Positions 62,901-64,000 of a stretch of 64,000 nt of DNA are shown piece by piece (position 1 is the first letter of the stretch; each line of letters opens with the position of its first letter). The notes below the pieces were generated by a model. The model was not told where the DNA came from. It made no database searches and saw only the letters and a list, made by a program, of their open reading frames with translations. A program made the position numbers and the translations under genes. The stretch comes from Callorhinchus milii (taxonomy: Eukaryota): NCBI RefSeq assembly GCF_018977255.1, contig NW_024704743.1, positions 15,564,001 through 15,628,000 on the forward strand, in the 5' to 3' direction.

Positions 62901-63233
62901 ATCATATGGCCGTGGGGTGATATTTGGCGGTTTGTCCATTAGTTTCTAAAATCACATTGATAAAATTGCAACACATTAGTGGAGCCCTGCCACTTGTGGT
63001 CTGGCAAGCTGCTCATCCAGGCATCCTCAATGGGGTGTTTGTGGGATTCTGTTACCTGCAATTGGTTGTTGCATTCACCCACAAAAACATAGTCACTATA
63101 CTTTACAGCAATTAACTGAAACAGTTTGACTTCATAGGTGTACACCATTCTTACATGTCCCAAGAGAGACTGAAAATAGAGCTGACCTAGCAGGTTTTTT
63201 GCCCAATATGGTGGTTGAGAAATAGTGCATGTC

Positions 63234-63558
63234 ATAATAATAATAATAATAATCCTTGCATTTGATATAGCGCTTTTCACGTCGGGAGGACGTCCCAAAG
63301 CGCTTCACAGAACACACTGTAAAGTGAATTGACTGTACATTTGTGGGCGAACGCAGCAGCCAATTGCGCACAGCAATGTCCCACAAACAGTCGTAGATTG
63401 AAAATGACCAATTTATTATTGTTTTTGGTTTTTGGAGGGATTATTATTAGGCGTGTGGAGTAAGGAAACTTGCCCAAGGTTTCGCCCTGCCTGGAATTGA
63501 ACTCAGGTCTCTCACTTGCAAAGCGAGTGTTCTAACCACTGAGCTACAGGACTCCACA
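63234..63558 (-). mobile_element. Young, complete tRNA-Ala SINE (short subfamily, L2-type 3' loop)
   Basis: Reverse strand: ggagtcctgtagctcagtggttagaacactcgctttgcaagtgagagacctgagttcaattcc (A box, TGC anticodon loop, B box) … gggacgtcctcccgacgtgaaaagcgctatatcaaatgcaagga(tta)n. Confidence 0.95.
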
Positions 63559-64000
63559 ATTAGAAGGGGAAGGGGTTTAAAAGGCGTGGAGCGGGAGAAA
63601 TAATGAAAATTGGGCAGGAAGAACAGTGTGGGTAATTGTTCCTTAATCTCTTGTACTTCAACAGAGGCTGTAACATCAGATTGGCATCGCTGCTAAGTCA
63701 GAGTGAAAAGCTGTTGGTTGTCAGTGCGATTTACCCCCTCCCTTCTTTCCCTCATCCCCGCCCCCCACCATACATGTACATGCATACAAACACCCTTACA
63801 CATAGTTCCAATATCAATTGGACTGTTGGATGGGGTGATTTGATACCATTAGACCAGACTGAAGGACAAGTCAGACACTGGTTGCTTGTCAGTTCACTTG
63901 TGAGCCTCCAACAACCAGCACAGGAACTGCATTGAGGGACTCGGTGTAGGCTGTTGTTCTTATTTCAGAACTGGGCAGTGGTGTTTGGCTCTGTGAGGAT

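Larger units (their letters stand above)
1..64000 (+). other. GLI3: Internal portion of a GLI3 gene (end of intron 3 through start of intron 6, human numbering)
   Basis: Three phase-compatible exons splice into a continuous GLI3-like N-terminal peptide. The preceding exon (…AMDPRNGYMEPHY-type) and the following exon (…RFSSPRLSARPSRKR-type) were not seen in the window. Confidence 0.88.

Noticed and set aside
63480..63556. tRNA-Ala gene
   Set aside because: It is the head of a multi-copy SINE and continues directly into the SINE body, with an imperfect cloverleaf.
1..64000. CRISPR array, operon-like or other novel multi-gene system
   Set aside because: Recurrent sequences are dispersed eukaryotic SINE/LINE tails, not regularly spaced repeats. 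The only host coding sequence found is the three GLI3 exons.

Overview
Vertebrate genomic DNA, most likely from a cartilaginous fish. The repeat content (tRNA/Deu-type SINEs, L2, CR1 and a Penelope-like end) resembles chimaera/shark genomes; this taxonomic call is inference. The whole window lies inside one + strand gene, a GLI-family zinc-finger transcription factor that best matches GLI3. Three coding exons of the N-terminal repressor region are present: 29361-29466, 58595-58797 and 60832-60978. They have canonical AG/GT ends and compatible phases, and correspond to human GLI3 exons 4-6. The rest is intron, filled with decayed L2 and CR1 LINE fragments, at least two SINE families, one MITE-like element and one Penelope-like inverted insertion. 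Several repeat-free blocks carry clustered TCF/LEF, PBX-HOX and MEIS motifs and are candidate conserved enhancers. Highlights: (1) an in-frame upstream acceptor at exon 6 that would add [12 protein letters not shown], resembling the alternatively spliced segment of GLI2; (2) a visible stepwise SINE evolutionary series ending in capture of the L2 3' stem-loop; (3) two different LINEs inserted at almost the same position of the SINE; (4) a TSD-flanked 40-bp hairpin. Nearly all ORFs in the supplied track are spurious or TE-derived. I see no evidence for a novel multi-gene system. Repeat boundaries are approximate and family names come from recalled consensus features, not database searches.
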